From Octopus sinensis (lineage: Eukaryota), in the NCBI RefSeq assembly GCF_006345805.1, contig NC_043005.1:3410001-3474000 (forward strand): DNA of 64,000 nt, in the 5' to 3' direction. Positions 35,934 through 47,211 of the stretch are shown here, in pieces; position 1 is the first letter of the stretch, and every line of letters starts with the position of its first letter. The position numbers and the translations under genes were made by a program. The notes beneath the pieces are model-generated. The model saw nothing but the letters and a program-made list of their open reading frames with translations, did not search any database and was not told the origin of the DNA.

Positions 35934-36163
35934 GCAGAGGGATAAAAATATGCACCCCATCTCATTTTGCCTTTTTTTTTTTCCATCTTCAGATTGTAAT
36001 GTTTTCACGGCATTTCGAAATTTAACCCCACTCCCTCCTTCTGAGAAAATCTTTTTCTGAAATTGCAATCTTTTTTTACAAAAATTACTCCCCTCCTACC
36101 CCATATTGGAATCTGTAGAGGAAAAACGCGAAATGGGATGGGGTACGTATTGTTCACCTCTGC
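35934..36163. mobile_element. MITE-like element with ~45-bp imperfect terminal inverted repeats
   Basis: GCAGAGGGATAAAAATATGCACCCCATCTCATTTTGC pairs imperfectly with the reverse complement of 36118-36163. Confidence 0.6.
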
Positions 36164-37029
36164 TTGAAATTGGTAATTAATTTTATTAGTGTTTCATAAC
36201 TTTCACAGAGGTTTGTCAGTTGAGGTGGGCATCTGCGAAGCCAAAATATTGTAAATTCATCCATTGTTGTCCTCAACAAACTGCTTCCTTCCACATAACT
36301 CAGTCACATTTGTATGGTTTAGAAGTGAATTCTTTGAGCAACTCATCCAACCATTCGTCTGTTGTTTTTTTGGTTTTTACCAGAGCTAAACCACAACAGT
36401 CCTATTTGAAAACTTTAACTCTGAAATAGAGATATTTTTTCCATTCCAGCATATATATTCTTTTATTTTGTTTTTACTGGATGCAATCATTAGACTGTGA
36501 CCATGCTGGAGCACTGCTGGTATTTATTTTAGTCAGAAACATATTTTATTGGAGAGACAAAAGGCAAAGTGGACCAGAATTTAGTAACTAAGCAAATACC
36601 ACAAGGTGTTTGGATACACTCTTCTGATTCTATCCACCAGTCATAGGATATTCTAAATGAAATAAAAAAAAATTTTTTTTTAAATTTAGACATTTACATA
36701 TTAGAAGTGTTATTGTTGTTCTTCAAGTCAGCCCTGATTGAACAGACCTATAATCAAAGGCATTCCAACCATGATCCTTCAATTTTTGTTTTAGCCACAG
36801 TCTACCTAACACTAAACTAGTCAATGCATTCCTCACTTTTCTAAAGATGGAAAGATGTAATTCAAGGCATTTAAATAAGATTGACATCTGTTTTGTGACA
36901 TTGTTAAGAATTCATCACTATGTCTACAGAGCTCTTGTAGGCATTGTACTCCACACTGAAAAATTTAGAACTGTTTTTATATTTTATCTTAATTATTGTA
37001 ATTAATAGGTAATTTAGTGTTAATATATT

Positions 37030-37254
37030 TAACCCTTCTGTTATCATATTTCTAACAAAACACCTTATTTTATTTGAATTGATATTGAAAATAATGAAGA
37101 ATTTAGCAAAATAATGTTGAAATCATTAAGCTAGTGTTTGGAATGTAAATGAACAAGAAATTTCGTTGGAAGGTTTTTGAGATCACTTTAAAACAGGAAG
37201 TTTGTATCAGAGAACCAGAGGCAGTGTCTGTCAGGTTGGTATCAGAAGGTTAAC
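37030..37254. mobile_element. piggyBac-type MITE, second family
   Basis: TTAACCCTTCTGTTATCA ... TGGTATCAGAAGGTTAA termini. Confidence 0.6.
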
Positions 37255-37751
37255 TTGCAATATTGTGAAGCAATCAATGATGTTACCATTTCTTAAGCAA
37301 GTGATTCATCTCCCCACAGGCACCTACTGTGAAAGATTGTACTTTGTTGAGGAGGATAAGCTAAGACCAAAGCATTTCTAAAGTTGCTTTTCAGATTTGC
37401 CAGTGAAATGAATAACACCGGTCATTGGTTAATATTGGTTTTTATTTGCTTTCTGACTCCATATTTATTTGTAGTTAGTTTTCTGCATTAAATATGTTAG
37501 CACTAAATTATTACCCTGCACGCCATAAGCGAAAACAGGGTATTGTAATCACATGTCTTTGTTAGTCTGTGTGTTTGCAAAATTACTGGAAAACGGCTGA
37601 ATGGATTTTCATCACATTTGGCAGAAATATTCATTGGGTGAGGGGCTCAAAATGATGATCATTTGGTTTGATTATCCTTAAACAGACAGACAGAAAAAAA
37701 AAGAAAAGAAAATCGAACTTACAAATTACCTGATAAGCAAGTGGTCACATT

Positions 37752-38457
37752 ATTTTATTCTTTTATTTGTTTCAGTCATTTGACTGCGGCCATGCTGGAG
37801 CACCGCCTTTAGTTGAGCAAATTGACCCCAGGACTTATTCTTTGTAAGCCTAGTACTTATTCTATCGGTCTCTCTTGCCGAACTGCTAAGTGACGGGGAC
37901 GTAAACACACCAGCATCGGTTGCCAAATAATGTTGGGGGGGCAAACACAGACACACAAACATATACATCATCATCATCATCATCGTTTAACGTCCGTTCT
38001 CCATGCTAGCATGGGTTGGACGGTTCGACCGGGGTTCTGGGAAGCCAGAAGGCTGCACCAGGCTCCAGTCTAATCTGGCAATGTTTCTACAGCTGGATGC
38101 CCTTCCTAACGCCAACCACTCCGTGAGTGTAGTGGGTGCTTTTTACGTGCCACCTGCACAGGTGCCAGGCGAGGCTGGCAACGGCCACGGTCGGATTGGT
38201 GTATTTTATGTGCCACCGGCACGGAAGCCAGTCGAGGCGGTGCTGGCATCGGCCACGAGTCGGATAGTGCTTTTTACGTACCACCAGACCAGGGATCCTG
38301 GCTGGTTCAATTCGGTTTCGATTTCGCTTGCCCCAACATGTCTTCGCAAGCAGGGGGGGTTGGCATGGGTGTCTGTCGTCGGATGAAGTTCTATATCGAC
38401 TTCGCTTGCCTCAACAGGTCTTTGTGTCCAAGGGAGGAAAGGCATTCATATACATGC

Positions 38458-38490
<33 letters not shown>

Positions 38491-38675
38491 CACATACACA
38501 CACATACAACGGGCTTCTTTCAGTTTCGTCTACCAAATCCACTCACAAGGCTTTGGTTGGCCCAAGGCTTTGGTTGGCCCAAGGCTATAGCAGAAGACAC
38601 TTGCCTAAGGTGCCACACAGTGGGACTGAACCCAGAACCATGTGGTTGGTAAGCAAGCTACTTACCACACAGCTG
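37752..38675 (-). mobile_element. SINE family 1 split at its internal microsatellite
   Basis: Tail half 37752-37965, head half 38455-38675. Confidence 0.8.
37967..38450 (-). mobile_element. RTE-LINE 3' end nested in the SINE
   Basis: (CAT)n tail at 37967, CpG-rich young copy. Confidence 0.85.
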
Positions 38676-39340
38676 CATTCACTTTCTTTTTCATATGAAT
38701 TGACCCTTGTCTGCATGTATAGACTATAGCGTACCTATGTGCGTATATACATACATAAATACATGCATAGATATGCGACTGTGTGTGTGTGTGTGTACAG
38801 TGATGGATTTGAGGGTTTCATTTATTTATGACTTGATTTCTTAATTTCACCAGGGTATAAATACCTATAATGGTGATACTTACAAAAAAAATTTTTTTGA
38901 AATCAATCTCACAAATTTCCCAGTAAGCAAGTGGTCATATTAATTTGTTCACTGTCTTTTTCATATGAATCGACCCTCATCTGCGTGTGTATAAATCATG
39001 GTGTACCTATGTGTATATACATGTGTGCGTACATATGTAGATATGCAACTGTTTGTGTGTGTGTGTGTGTACAGTGATGGATTCAAGGATTTCACTTATT
39101 TATGAGCCAATTTCTTAATTTCACCACAGTATAAATACCTAAAATGGTGATATTGAAAGGAAATTTAAAGAAATTCAGTTGACTGTGTAAGCAACACATT
39201 GTAAGCCATGCTATAATTTGTGAAAAAATTTATCTGCACGCAGGGTATGCATTGCTCCTCCAATACCTTTTTTTTTCATCTACGTTGCACATAGTTTCCC
39301 TGAATCATTTGATATCATTAAGGATTGTTTTATTTTCCAG

Positions 39341-39424
39341 GTAAACCTGCCATTGCCCATCGAGATTTAAAAAGTAAGAATATTTTAGTAAAAAGAAATA
39401 TAACCTGTTGTATTGCTGACTTAG
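39341..39424 (+). CDS. TGFBR1: Type I receptor exon F: catalytic loop to DLG (84 nt; absent from ORF track)
   Basis: TTTTCCAG acceptor, G|GTAAGT donor; [29 protein letters not shown]. Confidence 0.97.
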
Positions 39425-39599
39425 GTAAGTATTGATATCTTGACGGATTAATTTTTTTAGCCATATTCTGCTACCATGTTACCATGTTGACATTAAACTA
39501 CGTTTGTCTCAGTTTTGAAAATAATGTAAAATTTCGTAAATTAACTTTGTCGTTATTAACCCTTTCCTCACCTTATTCCTGTTGGGGGTTGTTGGGAGC

Positions 39600-40290
39600 T
39601 TGTGTCATCAGATGTCATCAGAGGTCCTTTGATGTTTCGTCGATGCTGCTATAATAGCTGGTTAAGTTAATGAATGAAAGCATATTTCTTGGCTGCAGGA
39701 AAAGTAACTGAACCACACCTGCAGACATTTAACAGAAGAATTTATTGCTGTACATAAGACAAACTGTGTTGGTCTTTTACAGTTAACAACAACAACAACA
39801 ATTACAGCCTGGGAGAGAGAGACACTTCTCTGAGCTTACAACAAGCTATTGGTGTGGCAACATGCAGCTTGTTCAACATAACTGGAAACAATTGTGCTAC
39901 ATTCATGGTGATGGAGGTTTCTGGTCACCTGTCTGCACCACCTGGCTTAGCCATCTTCTTGGGTTGTCTTAGCCCATCTTCTTGGTTGCTTGCTTTGGAA
40001 AACAGGGAGGGGTTAGTGACAGGAAGAGCGTCTGGCTGTAAAATAATGCCTCTGTTGGCAAGAGAGGAGACGCATATTGCTTAGCCACCTTTCAACATTC
40101 TTTGATTAATTACTGCCAAAAGTAGCTTTTATAGAGTACAAGAAGGAGATTCTATTGGATTGAATCACACAATAGCTTCATGCTGATTGGCTGCTTAATA
40201 AACCAATCATGTGAAACTATTGTGGTTTGGTTGTGGCACCTGACCAATTACTGAGCAGTTAGGTTTTGAATCATCACAACAAAGGATACT
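39600..40290 (-). promoter_or_regulatory. LTR-like cassette with antisense TATA box, four CCAAT boxes and downstream AATAAA
   Basis: Minus-strand TATAAAAG at 40133-40126; CCAAT at 40154, 40186, 40203, 40244; minus-strand AATAAA at 39746-39741. Confidence 0.4.
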
Positions 40291-40701
40291 GCCTTGGAAA
40301 ACAGGGAGGGGGGGTTAATGATAGGAAGAGCACCTGGCTGTAAAATAATGCCTCAATGATTTGTATTCATCCAACCCATGCTGGCATGAATAAAAAACTG
40401 TTGTAAAATAAATGTATGTATGTATGTATGTATGTATGTATGTATGTATGTATGTATGTATGTACGTATGTACGTACGTACGTACGTACGTATATACATG
40501 TATATATATATATCTATGTATGTATATGTGTATATGTAGGCACAGACAACATGGCTGTGTGGTTAGGAATTTTGCTTTGAACCTACATTGTCTTGGGTTC
40601 AGTCCCACTGCACTGCAACTTGGGCTGGTATCTTTTACTCAGGCCATTCAATAGCTTGAGATTGAATTTGATAGATGGAAACTGTGTAGAAGTCTGTCAT
40701 A

Positions 40702-40766
<65 letters not shown>

Positions 40767-41029
40767 ATATGAGTTAGAGGTTATGCGACCGTCTAAGGGA
40801 TAAACATATCTGTAGGCACTACAGGTGTATTACCTAACTATGTATAGGCCTTGTTGTAAGGTTAACAGTAGTTGGTAATTTTATATGGTAAACCGTGGTT
40901 TACTATATTCAGATAAGAAAAGAAACGGAGCAACAATTAACAATTAAAAGTTGATCATTGGTATTAAATGGTCATAGTTTAATACCAACGCTTAACTTCT
41001 AATTAATTTTTGCTCCATTTCTTTTCTTA

Positions 41030-41396
41030 TCTGAAGATATATATAAACAGCAAAATGTGTGTGTGTGTGTTCTTTATACAAATCCACAATTTTTCAGTTA
41101 GAGGGCTCGCTTTTTCTATGGTCATTCAAAACTGTCCAAGGGTGGTCATGCACATCTTTACATTTCCCCAGTCACCCCGCAAAGCCATTAAAAAATCAAT
41201 AGAAGTGACTTTTTTTGTGAATTTTCTATCCAAAACCCAATCAAAATGCCCGAAACTTGATACGCCAATTGAATGCCAGCTAGCTGTATGTGATTGGTCA
41301 GAGATCTGGACAGTACTCGCGTGTATGTGCGCACACACGCAGCTGTATATGCATGCACTAGCAGTATGACCTGGTGTTGCCGGGTCATAGGGCTAG
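41030..41396 (+). mobile_element. Complete non-autonomous Helitron (367 bp)
   Basis: A|TC 5' end, terminal hairpin and CTAG|T 3' end, no TSD. Confidence 0.75.
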
Positions 41397-42337
41397 TAGA
41401 TATATTAAAGAGAGAGCGATATAACAAAATGAAATCAAACCAAATAGAGATATTTTGGAATCGTTTAATTTGTTTCAGGTTTGTGTAATAGGTAAAAGGA
41501 AATGCGTGCATTACATAAACCTTCCTCAGTTAAAACGTTTCAAAAAACTGAGCAAGATTTATGAAAGGGATGCGTGTTTCCTATCATTATTATGCAAGCC
41601 TAAAACATAATATTAAATAAGTTCAAAATATCACTTTGGTTTGATTTCCGTGTTACAACTAACACGACTCAATGCCAGTACAGACTGGTCAGTCTTGATT
41701 CCACTTATGCGAGGACTCTAACAACAATTTGGAGTAGTTTATTAAATTTGACTCAAATAAAAAATTCTGGTACTCTGTGCCTTTTCTTAGTGTAACACAA
41801 CATACATACATACATAACATACATACATACATGTGTGCGTGGATGTGTGATCATCATCATCTAACATCCGTTTTCCATGCTGGCATGGGTTAGACGGTGT
41901 GACCAGAGCTGGTAAGCTGCACCAGGTTCCATAGTCTGTTTTGGCATGGATTCTATGGCTGGATGCCCTTCCTAACACCAACCTCTTTACAGAGTATTCT
42001 GGGTGCTTTTATATGGCACTGCTCAGGCACTTTCAGGTGGTGCCACACAGGTGCTTTTGCATGGCACCACAACAAGTGCTTTACACCACCAGCAGGATTG
42101 ATCTTAACACTTCTGCTGCAAGGTATAGGCCTTCTTGAGTACAGGTAGGTGCCCGGTAACTCAGTCCCTTGTCATCTTGCCTGAAGGGTTCAGCTTCCCA
42201 AAGCTGTTCTTTAGTATTTCACCACATGTCTTCCTGGGTCTCCCACTTCCATGTGTTCCATCCACTTTGAGAGATTGGTACTTCTTTATGAAGCTGTCAG
42301 CACCCATCCACATCACCTGACCAAACATGCATATATA

Positions 42338-42741
42338 TCATCATCATCGTCGTCGTTTAATGTCCGCTTTCCATGCTAGCATGGGTTGGACGGTTTGACT
42401 GAGGTCTGGCGAACCAGACTCCAATCTGATCTGGCAGAGTTTCTACAGCCGGATGTCCTTCCTAATGCCAACCACTCCAAGAGTGTAGTGGGTGCTTTTA
42501 CGTGCCACTGGCACGAGGGCCAGTTTGGTGGTACTGGCAACGGCCACGCCCAAATGGTACTTTTTACGTGCCACCTGCACAGGAGTCAGTCCAGCGGCAC
42601 TGGTGACGACCTCGCTCAAATGTTTCACATGCCACCAGTGCAAGTGCTAGTAGGGTGACGCGGTGACGATCACGCTCGAACGGTGTGCTTAACATGCCAT
42701 CGGCACGAAGACCAGCTTGTTGCTCTGGCAATGATCTCACT

Positions 42742-42742
<1 letters not shown>
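42338..42742 (-). mobile_element. RTE-LINE 3' end
   Basis: Tail at left, modules; another diverged copy at 41850-42320. Confidence 0.85.
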
Positions 42743-42789
<47 letters not shown>

Positions 42790-42935
42790 TAGAATTTTCT
42801 TTCATTTCATTTCCAGTCTCACGATTGAGATTATGAAATTTAAATAACAGTATGTCAGGTGCCAACTGCAGTAAAGAGACCCACCACACACACACACAAT
42901 GACAAATGCCTTAAATTTTCCTTTTTTGCTGATAG

Positions 42936-43133
42936 GTTTGGCTGTGCGACATGATTCAGAGACCGACAAGATTGATATACCCCACAACACACGGGTTGGA
43001 ACCAAGCGTTACATGGCACCAGAAGCGCTGGATGAAACGATAAATGTTAACCAGTTTGATTCATTTAAACGAGCTGATGTTTATTCCTATGGTTTGGTTT
43101 TGTGGGAAACTGCAAGACGCTGCAATGGGTTTA
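42936..43133 (+). CDS. TGFBR1: Type I receptor exon G: activation loop to subdomain IX (198 nt)
   Basis: GATAG acceptor, A|GTAAGT donor; [37 protein letters not shown]. Confidence 0.97.
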
Positions 43134-43656
43134 GTAAGTATTGTGGGAATTCTTCACATTCATCTCTTCTTTTTTACTCACCCCCCCATGTCTTGCTTTA
43201 TCTTTTTCTAGTTCTCTCTATCTTTCTCTCACTCTCTCTCTCTCTTACTCATTCTCTCTTTCTCTCCTCCACACCACCCTCTGTTTCTTTCTTTACCTCC
43301 TCTTCTTTCTCTTCTCAGTTCCCCTCTTTGTCCATTAACGCAACTCCCTACTCACTTTCACTCTTCCTCTCATTATTAGATGCATTATCACAAACCTCTC
43401 TTCACACTCTCCCCTACAACCTCCTACAGACCTTCTCTGTGTTGCAGAATGCAACATTCTCCTCCACCGCCACCTCCACCACCATTAATATTTCAACCAA
43501 AGCTACAAAGCACAAAGGGTTCTCTATGTAGCCACTCGGCTTGCTAGAAATAATAGCTAAATCTTTGGCAAATCATGAGAGTGTTTAGAACAAGTCGTTT
43601 ACAAAACTTAATACCATACACATTCACCCTCCCCTACCCTCAGTGGTAACCCTTAA

Positions 43657-43984
43657 TCACGGTTTCGATTCCCAGACCGGGCGTTGTGAGTGTTTATTGA
43701 ACGAAAACACCTAAAGCTCCACGAGGCTCCAGCAGGGGGTGGTGGCGACCCCTGTTGTACTCTTTCGCTCCAACTTTCTCTCACTCTTTCTTCCTGTTTC
43801 TTGTCCCCGACTTCCTACGCAACCGCTGAGCCTGGATGCGCATTCATCCATCCGTCGATGCTCTCGGTGTCGGGGGTTGACCTGCTTTCTCTTCTGCGGG
43901 TCTTACGAATAGCAAAGGACCACGTTGCGGACTTCTCCCACTACAAGGACGAAGACCGCTTCGCTCAACAAACAAACAAACAAT
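43657..43984 (+). mobile_element. SINE head type 3 (5'-truncated) with tail Z and (CAAA)n end
   Basis: GGTTTCGATTCCCAGACCGGGCG shared with 6682 and 53716 copies; distinct 3' half. Confidence 0.7.
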
Positions 43985-44092
43985 ACTGACTTCCACATTG
44001 AAAATCCAACGACCATCACTACATTTCCATAGAAAATCTTGTCCCTCTCCTCAAGCCAGTTTGTTCTTATTTGATTTTTTGGACAACAAGTG

Positions 44093-44480
44093 CAGGTGTG
44101 GCTGTGTGGCAAGAAGCTTGTTTCCCAAACACATGGTTCTAGGTTCAGTCCCACTGTGTAGAACCTTGGACATGTGTCTTCTACTGTAGCCTCGGTCTGA
44201 CCAAAGCTTTGTCAGTGGATTTGGTAGATGGAAGCTGAAAGAAGCCTGTTGTATATGTGTGTGTGTGTCTGAGTTTGTCCCCCACCACTGCTTCACAGCT
44301 GGTGTTGATGTGTTTATGTCCCCATAACTTAGCTGTTTGGCAAAAGAGTCTGATAAAATAAATCCCAGGCTTACAAATAAATACTGGGGGTCAATTTATT
44401 TGATTAAAATTCTTCAAGGTGGTTCCCTCCCCCAGCATGGCTGCTGTCTAATGATTGAAACAAGGAAAGGATAAAAAGAA
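44093..44480 (+). mobile_element. SINE family 1 copy ending 35 nt before exon H
   Basis: GCAGGTGTGGCTGTGTGG head and family tail. Confidence 0.8.
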
Positions 44481-44514
44481 AAAATAAACTGTTGTTTAAA
44501 TTTGTGTTTTTCAG

Positions 44515-44654
44515 ATTATTATTCATCATATGAAGAATATGAGCTGCCATTCTATGACATGGTGCCATCGGACCCAACCCTTGAGGACATGAGGAAAGTG
44601 GTTTGTGTTGAACGACTCCGCCCTACCATACCTAACAGATGGCACACAAACGAG
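44515..44654 (+). CDS. TGFBR1: Type I receptor exon H (phase 1 to 0)
   Basis: TTTTCAG acceptor, GAG|GTGAGG donor; [31 protein letters not shown]. Confidence 0.95.
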
Positions 44655-45134
44655 GTGAGGACTGTTTATGTTAGCACTTGGTAATTATATATCCATTCTG
44701 ATTCTTCTTCAGTAGAACTGGCCATTTCAACAAATTACCATAATATGTTGCAAATATGAAAACAAGGTTATAGTCTGGAGAAGCATGGGGTCTGCCAGGT
44801 GGACTTAGATGCAAAAACCGACAGAACAACTTCAGGGATTTCTCTGTGAACCAAAAGATTTTAGAGAAACAAAACTAATGTTTATCATTAATCTCTCAGA
44901 AGAAACTTTTCGCTATATATTGGCTGTTCCTCAAAGATAATTAGTACCATCAGCATCTCTTTATACTAAATTAGTTACTATTTAACCCTTTAGCATTTAA
45001 ACTAGCCATATCTAGCTTGAATATCCTACCTGTTTTATGTTGAAACAGGCCAGGTCTGGACTTTCACACCTTCCCTTTAATTTCATTCTAAATATGAATA
45101 ATCATACTGAAATCTTGAACAAAATTAAATTCGA

Positions 45135-45665
45135 TGACTGGCGTCCGTGCTAGCAGGGTGCAAAGAGCACCATACGAGTGTGATCATTGACAGAGTGGCT
45201 AACCGGCTTCCGTGCCAGTGACACTTAAAAGGCACCATTCGAGCGTGATCGTTACCAGCGTCGCCTTACTGGCACTCGAACTCCGTGCTAGTAGGGTATT
45301 AAGAGCACCATCCAAACGTGATCGTTGCCAGAGCAGCTATCTGGCCTCCGTGCTGGTGGCACGTAAAAGACACCATCCGAGCGTGATTGTTATCAGCATC
45401 GCCTTACTGGCATCTGTGCCGGTGGCATGTGTAAAAGATTCGAGTGAGGTTGTTGCCAGTACCGCCTGACTGGTCCCGTGCCAGTGGCACGTAAAAGCAC
45501 CCACTACACTCTTGGAGTGGTTGGCTTTAGGAAGGGCATCCAGCTGTAGAAACTCTGCCAGATCAAGATTGAAGCCTGGTGCAGCAATCTGGTTTGCCAG
45601 ACCTCAGTCAAACCATCCAACCCATTCTAGCATGGAAAGCGGACGTTAAACGATGATGATGAGGA
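45135..45665 (+). mobile_element. RTE-LINE 3' end with ~6 modules, nested in a piggyBac-type MITE (44981-45718)
   Basis: ~65-bp modules, terminal hairpin, tail; MITE halves on both sides. Confidence 0.85.
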
Positions 45666-45768
45666 TGAGATAATGCATAATTAATTCAAAGCAATCTGAA
45701 TGCCAAATGGTCAATTAAGCAAGTCTTTCTTTGTTATTTTAATTCTATTTTTCTCTATTTTTTCGCAG

Positions 45769-45894
45769 ACTGCCAGTCACATGGCTCGACTGATGAAAGA
45801 ATGCTGGTACCACAGTGCTGCTGCTCGCCTTACAGCTCTACGCATCAAGAAGACATTGACGAATATGGCTCTAAGGGAGGACTTCAAGATTTAA
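45769..45894 (+). CDS. TGFBR1: Type I receptor terminal coding exon I (126 nt including TAA)
   Basis: TTTCGCAG acceptor; [22 protein letters not shown]...FKI*. Confidence 0.97.
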   Translation, partial: TASHMARLMKECWYHSAAARLTALRIKKTLTNMALREDFKI

Positions 45895-47200
45895 GGGCTG
45901 TTCGGATGTTTTTTTAGGGGTATTATTTCTGTTTTACTTTTACCATGTATCATCAATGGAGAGTAAGCAGCTAGCATCACATCATACACCGATTTGCTGC
46001 TCCCCCTTCCTCACTGAATTGGTGTGCAGTTGGTTCCTGCTCTGCTGGATGCTTGCTGGCTCTGTACAACAACAACAACAACAAAAAAAAACAACTACAA
46101 ACAAGAAGGAAATGGAAAAAAAAATAATGGCATTTGCCAAAAAAATGGTTGGAAGAAATATGTAAACTCCTATTCTACCCACTCCTAGATATTCTGTGTC
46201 TGAAACAAAAACTGTGAGATGGTCATAGCTGGAATGCCTTTGGCTTTAACATAATTAACAGGCCTGCTGATCTGGCCCAATGTGAGGCTAAAAAACTCTT
46301 TTTTTCAACCAGCTCAATTTTTCAGAGTTGCTCACCATAATAGCAAACAGCAACCAAGTAGTTAACGAAAGCCATCTTCAACATCTACTTCTTCAACAAT
46401 ATGTAACAACAACAACAACAAGAACAGCAGCAACAATTGTATCAGCAGAAAGAGCAACAATGTGCTCACACACACTCACACACACACACACACACACACA
46501 CCAAGCAGCAAGGGGTGAAAAAACTGTCTTGCCCAAACAAACCAAGGAATTTTAAACCAAGTTAAAGCCAGATGGTTGTATTGAAGAAAAAGAAAAAAAA
46601 AATTGATTAAGCCATTTAAATGGGTCTTTGTACCATTTTGGGTTGATAAACTCCTTGCCACAAATTGACCCATTGTGGATGTTTTTAGTCTTTACAACAT
46701 TTCAAAAGAAAAAAAAAAACAAAGAAAGAGAAAGAATTTCTAACCTTTCTGTCAAATCACACTCAGAAATCCGCCCTCACCATTTTCTTAAAAGATTTGG
46801 CTGCAAGGTAACAACAACAACAATCTCAACAACCAATAATCTATCGTAGATAATTTTCAAATATAAACCACAACATATTTTTTCCCTTGCCTTAGTTTGT
46901 ACAAATTTTACAGCTGAACAATGAATCATTTGGAATTGTCCCTCACACCACACAACACATCATCATCGTTATCAGTTTCATCAGCATTGTCATCATCAAT
47001 CATTATCAATTATCATTATCATCATTACCATTTTACTGAACATGTATTTTTTTTTCAATGACTGTCACCATAGCAACTTTCCAGAGATATCACGTACCAG
47101 AGTAACAATCTTTTTTTTTAATGACTTGATGTCTTTTCTTCAACACCAATTATGGTACCTGTGAAAGGGTGGATAAGCATGACCTATTATTATTATTGTT
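45895..47200 (+). other. Proximal 3' UTR of the receptor gene (distal end undetermined)
   Basis: Follows the stop codon; (CAA)n and (CA)n tracts; no AATAAA seen before the SINE array. Confidence 0.6.
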
Positions 47201-47211
47201 ATTATTATTAT

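Larger units (their letters stand above)
37508..39267 (+). mobile_element. Helentron/DINE-1-like element interrupted by a SINE that is itself interrupted by an RTE 3' end
   Basis: 5' TACCCTG...CAGGGTA hairpin, 3' GCAGGGTA subterminal IR plus GGTAT/ATACC stem, T-rich flanks; internal ~200-bp duplication 38682-38880 / 38953-39152. Confidence 0.5.

Noticed and set aside
39341-39346. AG|GT at several exon starts as possible recursive splice sites
   Set aside because: Explained by conserved phase-1 Gly (G|GT) codons
39601-39645. Minus-strand GAAAC followed by two CTGATGA (type II hammerhead?)
   Set aside because: No room for stem III, the NUH triplet or stem I
43134-43531. ORF extension beyond exon G (Ser/Leu/Phe-rich)
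   Set aside because: Read-through into a pyrimidine-rich intron past a consensus GTAAGT donor
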